A DNA stretch of 64,000 bases, from assembly GCA_963828495.1 (NCBI GenBank), contig CAWHFJ010000014.1, positions 105,538 to 169,537 of the forward strand, written 5' to 3'. A model generated the notes under the pieces. That model did not search any database and had not been told where the DNA came from. It was given only the letters and a program-made list of their open reading frames with translations. Position 1 is the stretch's first letter, and every line of letters starts with the position of its first letter. The translations under genes were made by a program, and so were the position numbers. The stretch comes from Candidatus Omnitrophota bacterium. Lineage in GTDB: Bacteria; Omnitrophota; Gorgyraeia; Zapsychrales; Fredricksoniimonadaceae. Shown here piece after piece: positions 9,243 through 19,427 of this stretch.

Positions 9243-9866
9243 TATTGGATTCTCTTTAATAAAGTTTCTAAAGCTTCTTTCGTAACCAGCACATTTTTAT
9301 TATTCATAATATCCGCGGCATTCACATCCAACGGCACGAGCCAAGGTTAAACGCGCAATATTGCGGGATGCCAATAAAGTCTTTTCATTGGTCCCATCGA
9401 GTACCGCCAAGGTGCGTCCTTCGACCTTTAAATTTTTAAGAATAGCCGCAAACTCACTGGTCTTGCCGGAGGTGACTTCCAATTGATCCACACACACAAG
9501 GCTATTGCCTAGAAATTTAGCATTCAGACTCTCGCGCAGAGCCGCCAGGCGCACTTTTTTAGGAACGCTGTATCCAAAATCGCGGGGTTTAGGACCGAAG
9601 GCGATACCGCCTTTTTTCCACAACGGAGAACGGGTCGACCCCTGACGGGAGCGGCCGGTGCCTTTTTGGGCCCATGGTTTTTTACCGCCACCGGAAACTT
9701 CAGAACGGGTCTTTGTAGACGCCGTGCCCTGACGATGATTGGCATTGTACATGACCACGGCCTGATGAATCACCGCGTCCTGCACATGCACGCCGAACTT
9801 CTCTTTGGGCAACTCAATACTCGCCGCTTTCTCACCCTTAATATCCACCACATTTAATTCTGGCAT
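9242..9866 (-). CDS. rplD: 50S ribosomal protein L4, reading frame interrupted by an apparent 1-nt insertion near 9326-9346
   Basis: Starts at the ATG at 9866 (MPELNVVDIKGEK). The track ORF stops at 9300 after an atypical tail (..LARAVGCECRGYYE). The +1 frame from 9337 down to 9245 reads VPLDVNAADIMNNKNVLVTKEALETLLKRIQ, a canonical L4 C-terminus. It ends with a TAA at 9244-9242 that overlaps the rplW ATG as TAATG. Confidence 0.85.
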
Positions 9867-9898
9867 ATCACACCTTTTGTCATCTGAGCGAGCCTCAA

Positions 9899-10621
9899 TC
9901 ACTTCTTGGCCGTTTTAACGGCAGCTGTAGCCGCCTTGCTCTGTTTCATTGGATTTTTCTTAACCGATGTTGCCTGTTCTTTCTTTTCTTCCAATGAGCG
10001 GAAGGCTTTCTTCTTCGATTTATTAATGACCACGACCCCATTCTTGTGGCCCGGAACAGCCCCTTTGACAAGGATCAAATTTTGATCAGCATCAACCCGC
10101 ATGACGCGCAGACTCTGCACGGTCACGGTCTCCATCCCCATGTGTCCCGGCATATGCTGGCCCTTGTACACGCGGGAAGGGTCCGAGCTTGAACCGATAG
10201 AACCCACTCGACGGTGATGCATGGACCCGTGGGCCGCAGGACCGCCATTCCAATTCCAGCGCACCATGCCGCCTTGAAATCCTTTGCCGATGGAGGTACC
10301 CGTTACATCCACGAAATCCCCTGCTTTAAAGAGATCCGCTTTGAGCTGGTCTCCGACTTTATAATCTTTATTATCCGCAGACTCAAACTCCTTAATATGT
10401 TTCAAAGGCGCCTGTCCCATTTTCTTGAAAAAACCCAAAACAGGCTTTTGCAAACGGGTTTCTTTGACGGGCTCATAACCTAAAACAACCTTCAACGGTT
10501 TATCTTTTAAACCCAAAACCGTGCACGGCCCCGCTTCAACAACTGTCACAGGCGTGATATTGCCCTCGTTGTCAAAAATCTGGGTCATGCCTATTTTTTT
10601 ACCCATGATACCGCGAATCAT
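9899..10621 (-). CDS. rplC: 50S ribosomal protein L3
   Basis: 240 aa, starting MIRGIMGKKIGMTQIF. Carries a roughly 35-aa Lys-rich C-terminal tail. Confidence 0.95.
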   Translation of the reverse strand: MIRGIMGKKIGMTQIFDNEGNITPVTVVEAGPCTVLGLKDKPLKVVLGYEPVKETRLQKPVLGFFKKMGQAPLKHIKEFESADNKDYKVGDQLKADLFKAGDFVDVTGTSIGKGFQGGMVRWNWNGGPAAHGSMHHRRVGSIGSSSDPSRVYKGQHMPGHMGMETVTVQSLRVMRVDADQNLILVKGAVPGHKNGVVVINKSKKKAFRSLEEKKEQATSVKKNPMKQSKAATAAVKTAKK

Positions 10622-10684
10622 TTATATGTCCTTCCTCAAATATCAATCTGTACGGGTGCCTTTAGAACCCACCCCTACGCATTA

Positions 10685-10987
10685 TTATTGTTTAATCTCA
10701 ACATCGACCCCCGCCGGCAAATTTAATTTGCGCAAGGCTTCCACGGTCTTGGACGTTGGGTTGACTAAATCAATAAGACGCTTGTGCGTCGCTAATTGAA
10801 ATTGTTCGCGAGATTTCTTATCGATGACCGGTGAACGAAGAACCGTGTATAACTCTTTCTTCGTCGGTAATGGCACCGGGCCTAAAATTTGAGCGCCCGT
10901 CCGAATGGCCGTATCCACAATTTCCTGGGTACTCTGGTCAATTAACCGGTGATCGAATGCTTTCAGTTTTATACGTATTTTTTGCAT
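10685..10987 (-). CDS. rpsJ: 30S ribosomal protein S10
   Basis: 100 aa, starting [19 protein letters not shown]. Confidence 0.96.
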   Translation of the reverse strand: MQKIRIKLKAFDHRLIDQSTQEIVDTAIRTGAQILGPVPLPTKKELYTVLRSPVIDKKSREQFQLATHKRLIDLVNPTSKTVEALRKLNLPAGVDVEIKQ

Positions 10988-11002
10988 AATTAGTCTTGAT
11001 TA

Positions 11003-11053
11003 AGATCCTTCGCCAGTTGGCTTAAGGATGACACTAACATTTCGTCAGTGTCA
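11003..11053 (-). promoter_or_regulatory. two-hairpin intergenic RNA element, copy A (covers the tuf UGA stop)
   Basis: The mRNA strand reads UGACACUGAC-GAAAU-GUUAGUGUCA, a 10-bp stem that includes the stop codon. It is followed by UCCUUAAGCCAACUGGCGAAGGAUCU. A paralogous copy lies at 22938-22991. Confidence 0.55.
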
Positions 11054-12247
11054 CTTAATAACCTCCGTAATAACACCTGCACCGACGGTATGTCCGCCTT
11101 CACGGATGGCAAAACGCAATTCCTTCTCCATGGCCACCGGTGTGATAAGCTCAACTTCCAAAATAACGTTATCCCCGGGCATGCACATCTCAACCCCCGC
11201 GGGTAATTGGGCGGTCCCGGTCACGTCCGTGGTACGGAAATAAAATTGCGGACGGTAACCCTTGAAAAACGGCGTATGACGACCGCCTTCTTCCTTAGTT
11301 AAGATATAGACCGAAGCTTTAAATTGAGTGTGCGGGGTGATGGAACCCGGTTTGGCTAAAACCATGCCGCGCTCCATATTATCTTTATCCGCGCCACGCA
11401 ATAACAACCCGACATTATCGCCGGCTTGGCCTTCATCCAATTCCTTACGGAACATTTCGACGCCGGTCACAACGGTCTTGGCAATAGCCGGACGTAAACC
11501 GACCACTTCCACTTCTTCCCCGACTTTTACACGACCGCGTTCAATACGGCCGGTCGCGACTGTTCCGCGGCCGGAGATGGAAAACACGTCTTCCACCGCC
11601 ATCGAAAATGGTTTGTCCAATTCACGCACGGGGGCGGGAATATATTCATCGACCGCTTTCATCAACTCAAGAATCGGTTTGGCTTTGCCTTCAAAATCCT
11701 TAGGATTATTCAACGCATCCAAAGCGCTACCCTTGATGATCGGGGTCTTGTCGCCGTCAAATTTATACTTTGTCAAAAGATCGCGGACTTCCAATTCGAC
11801 TAAGTCCAGTAATTCCTTGTCCTGGACCTGGTCACATTTGTTCATGAATACCACAATGCGCGGCACATTGACCTGACGGGCCAAAAGGATGTGCTCACGG
11901 GTCTGCGGCATCGGACCGTCACTCGCAGAAACAACCAGTATCGCCCCGTCCATCTGGGCAGCGCCGGTAATCATGTTCTTGATATAATCCGCGTGTCCAG
12001 GGCAATCAATGTGGGCATAGTGGCGGATTTCCGTTTCGTATTCAAGGTGCGAAATATTGATGGTGACACCACGTTCCTTTTCTTCCGGAGCGTTGTCAAT
12101 GGAATCATAGGCACGCGCCTGGGCTAAACCTTTATGACTTAAAACAGTGGTGATGGCCGCGGACAACGTGGTTTTACCATGGTCAACGTGACCAATGGTC
12201 CCGATGTTCAAGTGTGGTTTATTACGCACGAATTTTTCTTTTGCCAT
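11051..12247 (-). CDS. tuf: elongation factor Tu
   Basis: 398 aa. Contains [18 protein letters not shown] and NKCD. Confidence 0.98.
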   Translation of the reverse strand: MAKEKFVRNKPHLNIGTIGHVDHGKTTLSAAITTVLSHKGLAQARAYDSIDNAPEEKERGVTINISHLEYETEIRHYAHIDCPGHADYIKNMITGAAQMDGAILVVSASDGPMPQTREHILLARQVNVPRIVVFMNKCDQVQDKELLDLVELEVRDLLTKYKFDGDKTPIIKGSALDALNNPKDFEGKAKPILELMKAVDEYIPAPVRELDKPFSMAVEDVFSISGRGTVATGRIERGRVKVGEEVEVVGLRPAIAKTVVTGVEMFRKELDEGQAGDNVGLLLRGADKDNMERGMVLAKPGSITPHTQFKASVYILTKEEGGRHTPFFKGYRPQFYFRTTDVTGTAQLPAGVEMCMPGDNVILEVELITPVAMEKELRFAIREGGHTVGAGVITEVIK

Positions 12248-12414
12248 AATTCTATCCTCCGTTGTAAAATGCCCAATAATTTCTGTTTAGTAACGTGGCG
12301 CCAAAGGCCAGATTAAAAATTTCCCTACTCCCCTCTATTTAAGACGCAGGGATACATGGTTGTATGGACTGCAAAAAATAGTGTATTCTCTATTTAAACA
12401 TTCAGGAATTTGCG

Positions 12415-14538
12415 TTAGCTCACTTTAGCAACGAAATCCTGACGAGAGCCGATAATTTTCTCGGCAATGCTGTTTGGAACCTGCGCATAAAACGAAGGTT
12501 CCATAGAGAATGATGCGCGTCCCTGCGTGAGGGACCGCAGCGCATTCGCGTAGCCAAACATTTCAGCCAAGGGAACATCCACCAGCGCGGTCTTAAGCTT
12601 GCCCCGGTTGCCGGTTTCCTTGATCTGTGCACGACGCTGCATCAAATTGCCAGTCACATTGCCCCAATAATCTTCGGGCACTACGATTTCCAACTTCATA
12701 ATCGGTTCCATAAATACGGAACCGGCCTTACGGAAAGCCTCTTTTATAGCATACTTTGCCGCTAATTGGAAGGAAATTTCGTCAGAGTCCACATCATGAT
12801 AAGAACCGTCAACTAACGTGGCAATAAAATCCGTCACCGGATATCCCGCCAACACGCCGTTTTGGGCGCCTATTTCTATGCCTTCACGGCAGGGCTTGAT
12901 AAATTCACGAGGAATAACTCCCCCTTTAATTTTATCTACAAATACAAAACCTGTGCCGGGCTCGCCCGGTTCCACATCAATGACCACATGCCCGTATTTA
13001 CCGCGACCGCCGCTCTGCTGAATATATTTACCGACGATATTACCGACTTTTTTAGTGATCGCTTCCTTGTAAGCCACTTCCGGACGGCCGACATTGGCTT
13101 CCAGATTATTTTCACGCTTCATGCGGTCCACAATGATTTCCAAATGCAGCTCTCCCATCCCGGAGATAATCGTTTGGGAAGTCTCGTGATCAAACTTAAC
13201 CCGTAAAGAAGGGTCTTCATCCAAGAATTTACGCAAAACCATGCCCATTTTATCCTGGTCCGCCTTGGTCTTTGGCTCAATGGCTAATGACACGACGGCC
13301 TCCGGCGGTTTTAAACCTTCCAAGACCATGGGCTTATCTTCGGCGCAAAGCGTGTCCCCTGATTTACTTTCTTTCAAACCAACAAAAGCGACAATCTCGC
13401 CCGTGGAAGCAGAGGTCACAATTTCCTGCTTGTTAGAATGCATAACAACGATCTTGGCAATCTTTTCATTCTTGCCGTTGGAAGAATTCAAATATATTTG
13501 GCCGGGCACGAAACGGCCGGCATAAACACGCGTAAAGAAAATCTTGCCTACATAAGGATCGGAAGCGATTTTAAACACCAGCCCCACCGGGGACTCACTA
13601 TCATCCGCTTTGCGGACAATAACTTCTTCTTTATTATCAGGATCGTAGCCTCTCTTGGGGGGGATATCTAACGGGGAAGGCAGAAAATCAACAATAGCAT
13701 CTAACAACATCTGTACGCCTCTGTTTCTAAGGGCGGTACCGGTCAAGACCGGAACGAATTTGGAAGCGATCACCGTGCGGCGGATGGCTTTCATCAATTG
13801 CTCTTTGCTGGGGTCTTTGCCGTTTAAAAACATATCCGCCATTTCATCGTCCACTTCAGCCAAACGTTCCACTAATGTATGACGATATTTAGCGGTTTTT
13901 TCTTTAAATTCTTCAGGCAAGGGCAAACGTTCAAATTCCATGCCGTCTGCATCTGTGTACTTAATGTACTGAGAGTTGATAACATCAATCAATCCCTTGA
14001 AGTTATCTTCCTGACCGTCATTGTAAACAATCCCCGCAGCATTAGCGCCAAAACGTTCATGCATCTCCCCGATGACACGGTCAAAATCAGCACCCATCCG
14101 GTCAATTTTATTAATAAACGCAATACGAGGCACATTATATTTATCCGCTTGACGGTAAACAGTCTCTGTTTGCGGCTGAACGCCGGAACAGGCACATAAA
14201 ACTATCACAGCCCCGTCCAACACCTTCAGAGAACGCTCAACTTCAATCGTAAAATCTACGTGGCCGGGAGTGTCGATAATATTGATACGGTGCTCCCTCC
14301 AAAAAGAGGTGATGGCCGCCGAGGTGATGGTAATCCCGCGCTCCTGCTCTTGGGGCATCCAATCCATGGTGGTGTTGCCGTCATCAATATTACCCATTTT
14401 ATGAATTTCACCCGTGTAATATAAAATGCGCTCTGTCGTCGTGGTCTTACCCGCGTCGATATGCGCAATAATACCGATATTGCGAAACATATGTAAGGGG
14501 ACTGTATTAGAAGAAGAGGCCATAGGCTTGACTACCAT
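12415..14538 (-). CDS. fusA: elongation factor G
   Basis: 707 aa. Contains [19 protein letters not shown] and DTPGHVDF. The ATG at 14538 overlaps the rpsG stop. An alternative ATG at 14523 ([10 protein letters not shown]) is equally plausible. Confidence 0.96.
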   Translation of the reverse strand: MVVKPMASSSNTVPLHMFRNIGIIAHIDAGKTTTTERILYYTGEIHKMGNIDDGNTTMDWMPQEQERGITITSAAITSFWREHRINIIDTPGHVDFTIEVERSLKVLDGAVIVLCACSGVQPQTETVYRQADKYNVPRIAFINKIDRMGADFDRVIGEMHERFGANAAGIVYNDGQEDNFKGLIDVINSQYIKYTDADGMEFERLPLPEEFKEKTAKYRHTLVERLAEVDDEMADMFLNGKDPSKEQLMKAIRRTVIASKFVPVLTGTALRNRGVQMLLDAIVDFLPSPLDIPPKRGYDPDNKEEVIVRKADDSESPVGLVFKIASDPYVGKIFFTRVYAGRFVPGQIYLNSSNGKNEKIAKIVVMHSNKQEIVTSASTGEIVAFVGLKESKSGDTLCAEDKPMVLEGLKPPEAVVSLAIEPKTKADQDKMGMVLRKFLDEDPSLRVKFDHETSQTIISGMGELHLEIIVDRMKRENNLEANVGRPEVAYKEAITKKVGNIVGKYIQQSGGRGKYGHVVIDVEPGEPGTGFVFVDKIKGGVIPREFIKPCREGIEIGAQNGVLAGYPVTDFIATLVDGSYHDVDSDEISFQLAAKYAIKEAFRKAGSVFMEPIMKLEIVVPEDYWGNVTGNLMQRRAQIKETGNRGKLKTALVDVPLAEMFGYANALRSLTQGRASFSMEPSFYAQVPNSIAEKIIGSRQDFVAKVS

Positions 14539-15002
14539 CTTAAATGGCTGAAGGCGCGGTTGGCCTCAGCCATTTTATGTGTTTCATCACGTTTTTTAAT
14601 AGCCTGGCCTTCGGATTTGTATGCCGCAACCAATTCTTCAGCTAGCTTGATTTCCATGGGCTTGCCCTTTTTGTTGCGGGCATAATCCCTGATCCAGCGC
14701 ATCGCCAAAGACATGCCGCGCGCCGGTATGACATCGGTCGGTACCTGATACGTCGCTCCTCCCACCCGGCGGCTTTTAACCTCCAGGCGCGGACGCACAT
14801 TGTCCACAGCTTTGTTCAAGGCCTTGACAGCACTTTCTTCCTGGGTCTTTTCCTTGAGGATGTCCAGTGCGTTATAAATAATGTTTTCAGCGATGGTCTT
14901 TTTGCCGTCAACCATCAAAATAGAAATAAACCGCGCAACTAAATCGCTGTTATATTTAGGGTCTCCGACGACTTTTCTTTTTTCTGCCCGACGTCTTCTC
15001 AT
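14532..15002 (-). CDS. rpsG: 30S ribosomal protein S7
   Basis: 156 aa. ATGA overlap with rpsL. Typical S7 sequence (..[10 protein letters not shown]..). Confidence 0.96.
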   Translation of the reverse strand: MRRRRAEKRKVVGDPKYNSDLVARFISILMVDGKKTIAENIIYNALDILKEKTQEESAVKALNKAVDNVRPRLEVKSRRVGGATYQVPTDVIPARGMSLAMRWIRDYARNKKGKPMEIKLAEELVAAYKSEGQAIKKRDETHKMAEANRAFSHLRW

Positions 15003-15373
15003 TTTTTGCCTCTTTTAGCGCCATACTTGGAACGCGATTTCTTGCGGTCAGAGACACCCGAGGTGTCGAGCGTGCCCCGCACAATATGATAACGCACCCC
15101 CGGTAAATCCTTGACGCGCCCGCCGCGCACCAGCACAATCGAGTGTTCCTGCAAATTGTGCCCTTCCCCCGGAATATAGGAAGTCACCTCGATCTTGTTG
15201 GAAAGCCGTACACGCGCGATTTTACGCAACGCTGAATTCGGTTTCTTCGGCGTCATAGTCTTAACTTGAAGACACACGCCGCGTCTCTGCGGACAGGATG
15301 TCAATGCCGGAGACTTACTGTGCTTGATTTTCAGCCGTCTGCGGTATCTGATCAACTGCGATATCGTTGGCAT
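14999..15373 (-). CDS. rpsL: 30S ribosomal protein S12
   Basis: 124 aa. Contains MPTISQLIR and [10 protein letters not shown]. The start lies 59 nt inside the rpoC reading frame. Confidence 0.96.
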   Translation of the reverse strand: MPTISQLIRYRRRLKIKHSKSPALTSCPQRRGVCLQVKTMTPKKPNSALRKIARVRLSNKIEVTSYIPGEGHNLQEHSIVLVRGGRVKDLPGVRYHIVRGTLDTSGVSDRKKSRSKYGAKRGKK

Positions 15374-18300
15374 ATTTTACCATTTCTACTTGATTATATT
15401 CTTTCATTCCCGTCCCTGCAGGGATCAAATGCCCGACAATGACGTTTTCTTTAAGCCCACGCAAAAGGTCAACTTTACCAGATGCTGCTGCTTCTGTCAA
15501 TACCCTTGTTGTTTCTTGGAAACTCGCCGCCGAAATAAAACTCTCCGTCGTCAAAGACACTTTTGTGATCCCCAATAATAAGGGGGTCGCCTGGGCCGGT
15601 TTGCCTTTTTTCTTAAAGACCGACTCATTGGCCTTTTTGAAAATCATGCGGTCAACCTGGTCTCCCACCAAAAAATCGGTGTCGCCGGCATCGTCGATAC
15701 GCACTTTTTTAAGCATCTGGGCGATGATGATTTCAATATGCTTATCATTGATCCGCACGCCCTGCAAACGGTAGACCTCCTGGACTTCATTGAGAAGATA
15801 TTCCTGTAAGGCCTTGTCCCCGCACACACGCAAAATATCCTGCGGCACCACAGGCCCGTCTGTCAACTGCTGACCGGCAAAGACATGGTCGCCTTTGTAC
15901 ACATTAGGATGTTTGCCGTGAGGAATGGGATATTCCTTGGCGGTGCCTGTGGCACTTTTAACAATAATGGTACGCAATCCTTTTTTATCCTCACCGAATT
16001 CACACAGCCCGTCGATTTCGGCAATGACCGCCGAATCTTTGGGACGGCGCGCTTCAAAAAGCTCGGCCACACGCGGCAAACCGCCGGTAATATCGCGGGT
16101 CTTGGAAGCGCTGCGTGGAATTTTAGCAATCAATGCGCCCGCCGCGATCGTGTCCTTATCATTGACTAAGATGTGCGCCCCTGTGGGGATCGAATAAATA
16201 CCGACAATCTCCCCCTTATCGTCACTGATGATAATCTGCGGATGAAATTCTTGTTTATGTTCAACCACGACACGCTCTACAACCCCGGTCACGGGATTTT
16301 CTTCGCGCTGGTAGGTCGTCCCTTCGATCAAATCTTCGAAAGATACCCGGCCTTTGGACTCAGTGATGATGGGGATGGTATACGGGTCCCAGGTGGCTAC
16401 GACTGAACCTTTGGGCACATCCTGTCCGTCGGCAAAAGCCAATGCCGTGCCTTGAGGCAGCAGATGGCGCTCAAACTCGCGGCCGTACTCATTGTTAATA
16501 CTCACCGAGCCGTTGCGGTTAAGGACAATGAATTCTTTACCACGGGCCACGACCCGCAAGGCATGGTATTTCAAGGTGCCATCCTGCTTGGCTTTAATAA
16601 AGGACTGTTCGATAGTTCTGGAGGCCGTACCGCCGATGTGGAAGGTGCGCATCGTCAGCTGGGTCCCCGGCTCACCGATACTCTGTGCGGCAATGGTACC
16701 GACCGCTTCCCCAACCTCAACTATACGATGAGTCGCCAAATTACGGCCGTAACATTTGACGCAAACGCCTATCCCGGCCTCACAGGTCAACACCGAGCGG
16801 ATACGCACTTTTTCAACACCTAACTGCTCGATTAAATCCGCTTTCTCTTCCGTAATTTCTTCACCGGAAGCCACCACTTGCTGATCAGTGACCACGTCCA
16901 AAATATTATCCAGCGCAACCCTACCGACGATACGCTCTTTAAGGGACACCACCATCTCATCACCTTCAGTAATAGCGGCGACCGTGATCCCGTTGACCGT
17001 GCCGCAATCCAAAGCATTGACGACCATCTCTTGGGCTACGTCCACCAGACGACGGGTAAGATAACCCGCGTCGGCCGTCTTAAGGGCCGTATCCGCCAAG
17101 CCCTTACGGGCACCGTGAGTGGAGATAAAATATTCCAAAACCGTCAACCCTTCACGGAAAGAAGCGGTAATGGGATTCTCAATAATTTCGCCCGATGGTT
17201 TGGCCATAAGCCCGCGCATACCCGAAAGCTGACGGATCTGCAATTTGGAACCGCGGGCCCCCGAATCCGCCATGATGAACACCGGATTAAATTGGTCCAT
17301 TTTCTTAAACACCAAGTCAGACAAAATCTCCGTCGTATGGGTCCAGATGTCGATGACTTTGTTGTACCGCTCGCGTCCGGTGATAATACCCTTACGGTAT
17401 TGATCGTCCACTTTGAAGACTTCCTGCTTGGCATTGGCAATAATGCCCGGCTTTTCTTCAGGGATAGTCAAATCCGCCATGCCGATGGAAATCCCTGCTT
17501 CGGTGGCTTTGATAAACCCTAAAGTTTTCACAGCATCCAGCAGTTGCACCGTCTGGTTGTGCCCAAACCGTTTATAACAATCCGCAATCACGGAACCCAC
17601 GCGTTTCTTGTCCAGCAATTCATTGACAAAACCGTAATCCTGCGGTAAAACTTCATTAAAAAATACGCGTCCGACGGTAGTTTCAATAATAGTGGAATTT
17701 GTCCCTGTCGTTGCCTTTTCTGTTTTAGGCTTATCTTTCCCCACAGGTTGAATAACCATAGAAGGTTTTTCCTGGCCCCAGACACCCGTCAATAAACGTA
17801 ATTTGACACGCGCATGCAAATCCACATAACCGTCCGCATACGCCACCTTCACCTCGTCAATGGAGCCGAACAAATGATTTTCCCCACGAGCACCCGGGCG
17901 CTCCTTGGTCAGATAATAAAGGCCCAAAACGATATCCTGAGTCGGCGACACGATGGGACGTCCGTCCGCCGGAGAAAACAAATTGTTAACGGACAACAAT
18001 TGCAAGCGGCATTCAATCTGGGCCTCCAAAGACAGAGGCACATGGACCGCCATTTGGTCCCCGTCGAAATCCGCGTTAAATGCCGTGCAGACCAAGGGAT
18101 GCAACTTAATGGCCTTACCCTCAATCAATACCGGCTGAAAAGCCTGTATCGACAAACGATGCAAGGTAGGCGCGCGGTTGAGCATCACCGGATGGTCCTG
18201 AATAACCTCATCCAGGATGTCCCACACCTCAATCTTGGCGCGCTCCACCATGCGCTTGGCCCCTTTGATCGTATGCACAAACCCTTTTTCTCTTAATTTA

Positions 18301-19427
18301 CGGATGATGAAAGGTTCGAATAATTCCAGCGCCATTTTCTTAGGCAGACCGCATTGATGCAGTTTCAACTCCGGTCCCACGACAATAACCGAACGGCCGG
18401 AATAATCAACGCGTTTACCCAAAAGGTTCATGCGGAAACGCCCTTGTTTACCTTTAAGCATATCCGACAAAGATTTCAAAGGACGATTGCCTGAGCCTAA
18501 AACAGGACGGCCATGACGACCGTTATCCAAAAGCGCATCCACGGCTTCCTGCAACATACGCTTTTCATTACGGATGATAATTTCCGGAGCATTCAGATCA
18601 ATCAATTTCTTCAGACGATTATTACGGTTAATGACCCTGCGGTATAAATCATTCAAATCTGAAGTAGCAAAACGCCCGCCCTCCAACGGCACCAGAGGCC
18701 TAAGATCCGGCGGGATCACCGGCAAAACATCCAAAACCATCCATACCGGGTTATTCCCGGAGACCCTGAAATCTTCAACGATCTTCAACGTCTTGGCTAA
18801 TTTCTTAAAATTGGTCCCGTTAGGATTGGCGTCCGCAATATCCTTGCGTAATTTTTTGCACAAGGCACTCATGTCTAATTCTTTAAGCATCTCACGCACG
18901 GCTTCCGCGCCGATACGAGCTTTAAAAGCGCCTCCGTATTTAAGCACAGCTTCCTGGTACTCATCCTCGGAAAAAAATTGTTTTTTCTTTAAAGGAGTCG
19001 TCCCCGGATCGATGACCACGTATTCTTCATAATAAATCAACTTCTCCAAATCCCGCAAGCCCACCTGCATTAAGGCCGCCAAACGAGACGGGACCGCTTT
19101 GTAAAACCAAATATGCGTGACGGGACAGGCCAGATCAATATGCCCCATGCGCTCGCGACGCACCGAAGAGCGGGTCACCAAAACCCCGCAGCGGTCACAG
19201 GTAATCCCTTTGAATTTAATCCCTTTATATTTTCCGCAATTGCATTCCCAATCGCGCATAGGCCCAAAGATCTTCTCGCAAAAAAGCCCGTCCTTCTCGG
19301 GCTTTAAAGTACGGTAATTCAAGGTCTCCGCTTTTTTGACGGGGCCTTTGGACCAGGACATAATCACTTCAGGTGAAGCAATGCGGATCGTGATACGGTC
19401 TTGTTTCGTGATATCGACTTTACTCAT
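15315..19427 (-). CDS. rpoC: DNA-directed RNA polymerase subunit beta prime
   Basis: About 1,370 aa from the ATG at 19427 ([20 protein letters not shown]), with GAGGAA upstream. Contains [12 protein letters not shown]. The track ORF starts 30 nt further upstream, at 19457. Confidence 0.97.
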   Translation of the reverse strand: MSKVDITKQDRITIRIASPEVIMSWSKGPVKKAETLNYRTLKPEKDGLFCEKIFGPMRDWECNCGKYKGIKFKGITCDRCGVLVTRSSVRRERMGHIDLACPVTHIWFYKAVPSRLAALMQVGLRDLEKLIYYEEYVVIDPGTTPLKKKQFFSEDEYQEAVLKYGGAFKARIGAEAVREMLKELDMSALCKKLRKDIADANPNGTNFKKLAKTLKIVEDFRVSGNNPVWMVLDVLPVIPPDLRPLVPLEGGRFATSDLNDLYRRVINRNNRLKKLIDLNAPEIIIRNEKRMLQEAVDALLDNGRHGRPVLGSGNRPLKSLSDMLKGKQGRFRMNLLGKRVDYSGRSVIVVGPELKLHQCGLPKKMALELFEPFIIRKLREKGFVHTIKGAKRMVERAKIEVWDILDEVIQDHPVMLNRAPTLHRLSIQAFQPVLIEGKAIKLHPLVCTAFNADFDGDQMAVHVPLSLEAQIECRLQLLSVNNLFSPADGRPIVSPTQDIVLGLYYLTKERPGARGENHLFGSIDEVKVAYADGYVDLHARVKLRLLTGVWGQEKPSMVIQPVGKDKPKTEKATTGTNSTIIETTVGRVFFNEVLPQDYGFVNELLDKKRVGSVIADCYKRFGHNQTVQLLDAVKTLGFIKATEAGISIGMADLTIPEEKPGIIANAKQEVFKVDDQYRKGIITGRERYNKVIDIWTHTTEILSDLVFKKMDQFNPVFIMADSGARGSKLQIRQLSGMRGLMAKPSGEIIENPITASFREGLTVLEYFISTHGARKGLADTALKTADAGYLTRRLVDVAQEMVVNALDCGTVNGITVAAITEGDEMVVSLKERIVGRVALDNILDVVTDQQVVASGEEITEEKADLIEQLGVEKVRIRSVLTCEAGIGVCVKCYGRNLATHRIVEVGEAVGTIAAQSIGEPGTQLTMRTFHIGGTASRTIEQSFIKAKQDGTLKYHALRVVARGKEFIVLNRNGSVSINNEYGREFERHLLPQGTALAFADGQDVPKGSVVATWDPYTIPIITESKGRVSFEDLIEGTTYQREENPVTGVVERVVVEHKQEFHPQIIISDDKGEIVGIYSIPTGAHILVNDKDTIAAGALIAKIPRSASKTRDITGGLPRVAELFEARRPKDSAVIAEIDGLCEFGEDKKGLRTIIVKSATGTAKEYPIPHGKHPNVYKGDHVFAGQQLTDGPVVPQDILRVCGDKALQEYLLNEVQEVYRLQGVRINDKHIEIIIAQMLKKVRIDDAGDTDFLVGDQVDRMIFKKANESVFKKKGKPAQATPLLLGITKVSLTTESFISAASFQETTRVLTEAAASGKVDLLRGLKENVIVGHLIPAGTGMKEYNQVEMVKYANDIAVDQIPQTAENQAQ

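Noticed and set aside
9243-9299. Apparent 57-nt intergenic gap between rplD and rplW, considered as a possible small ORF or regulatory spacer.
   Set aside because: It is coding. It forms the end of the L4 C-terminus in the +1 frame (see the frameshift finding).
10990-11193. 67-aa minus-strand ORF overlapping the tuf 3' end and the tuf-rpsJ spacer.
   Set aside because: It is out of frame with tuf and its sequence is not protein-like. The region is better explained by the tuf coding sequence plus the hairpin element.
16878-17522. Long plus-strand ORFs. Examples are 16878-17522 (214 aa), 50359-50925 (188 aa), 11328-11876 (182 aa), 47154-47687, 45202-45699, 54167-54664 and 6796-7272.
   Set aside because: All lie antisense to well-supported minus-strand genes (rpoC, pilC, tuf, pilN/M, pilQ, pilB, rpsC). 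Their translations are low-complexity or biased with no recognisable motifs. No plus-strand gene in the window has independent support.
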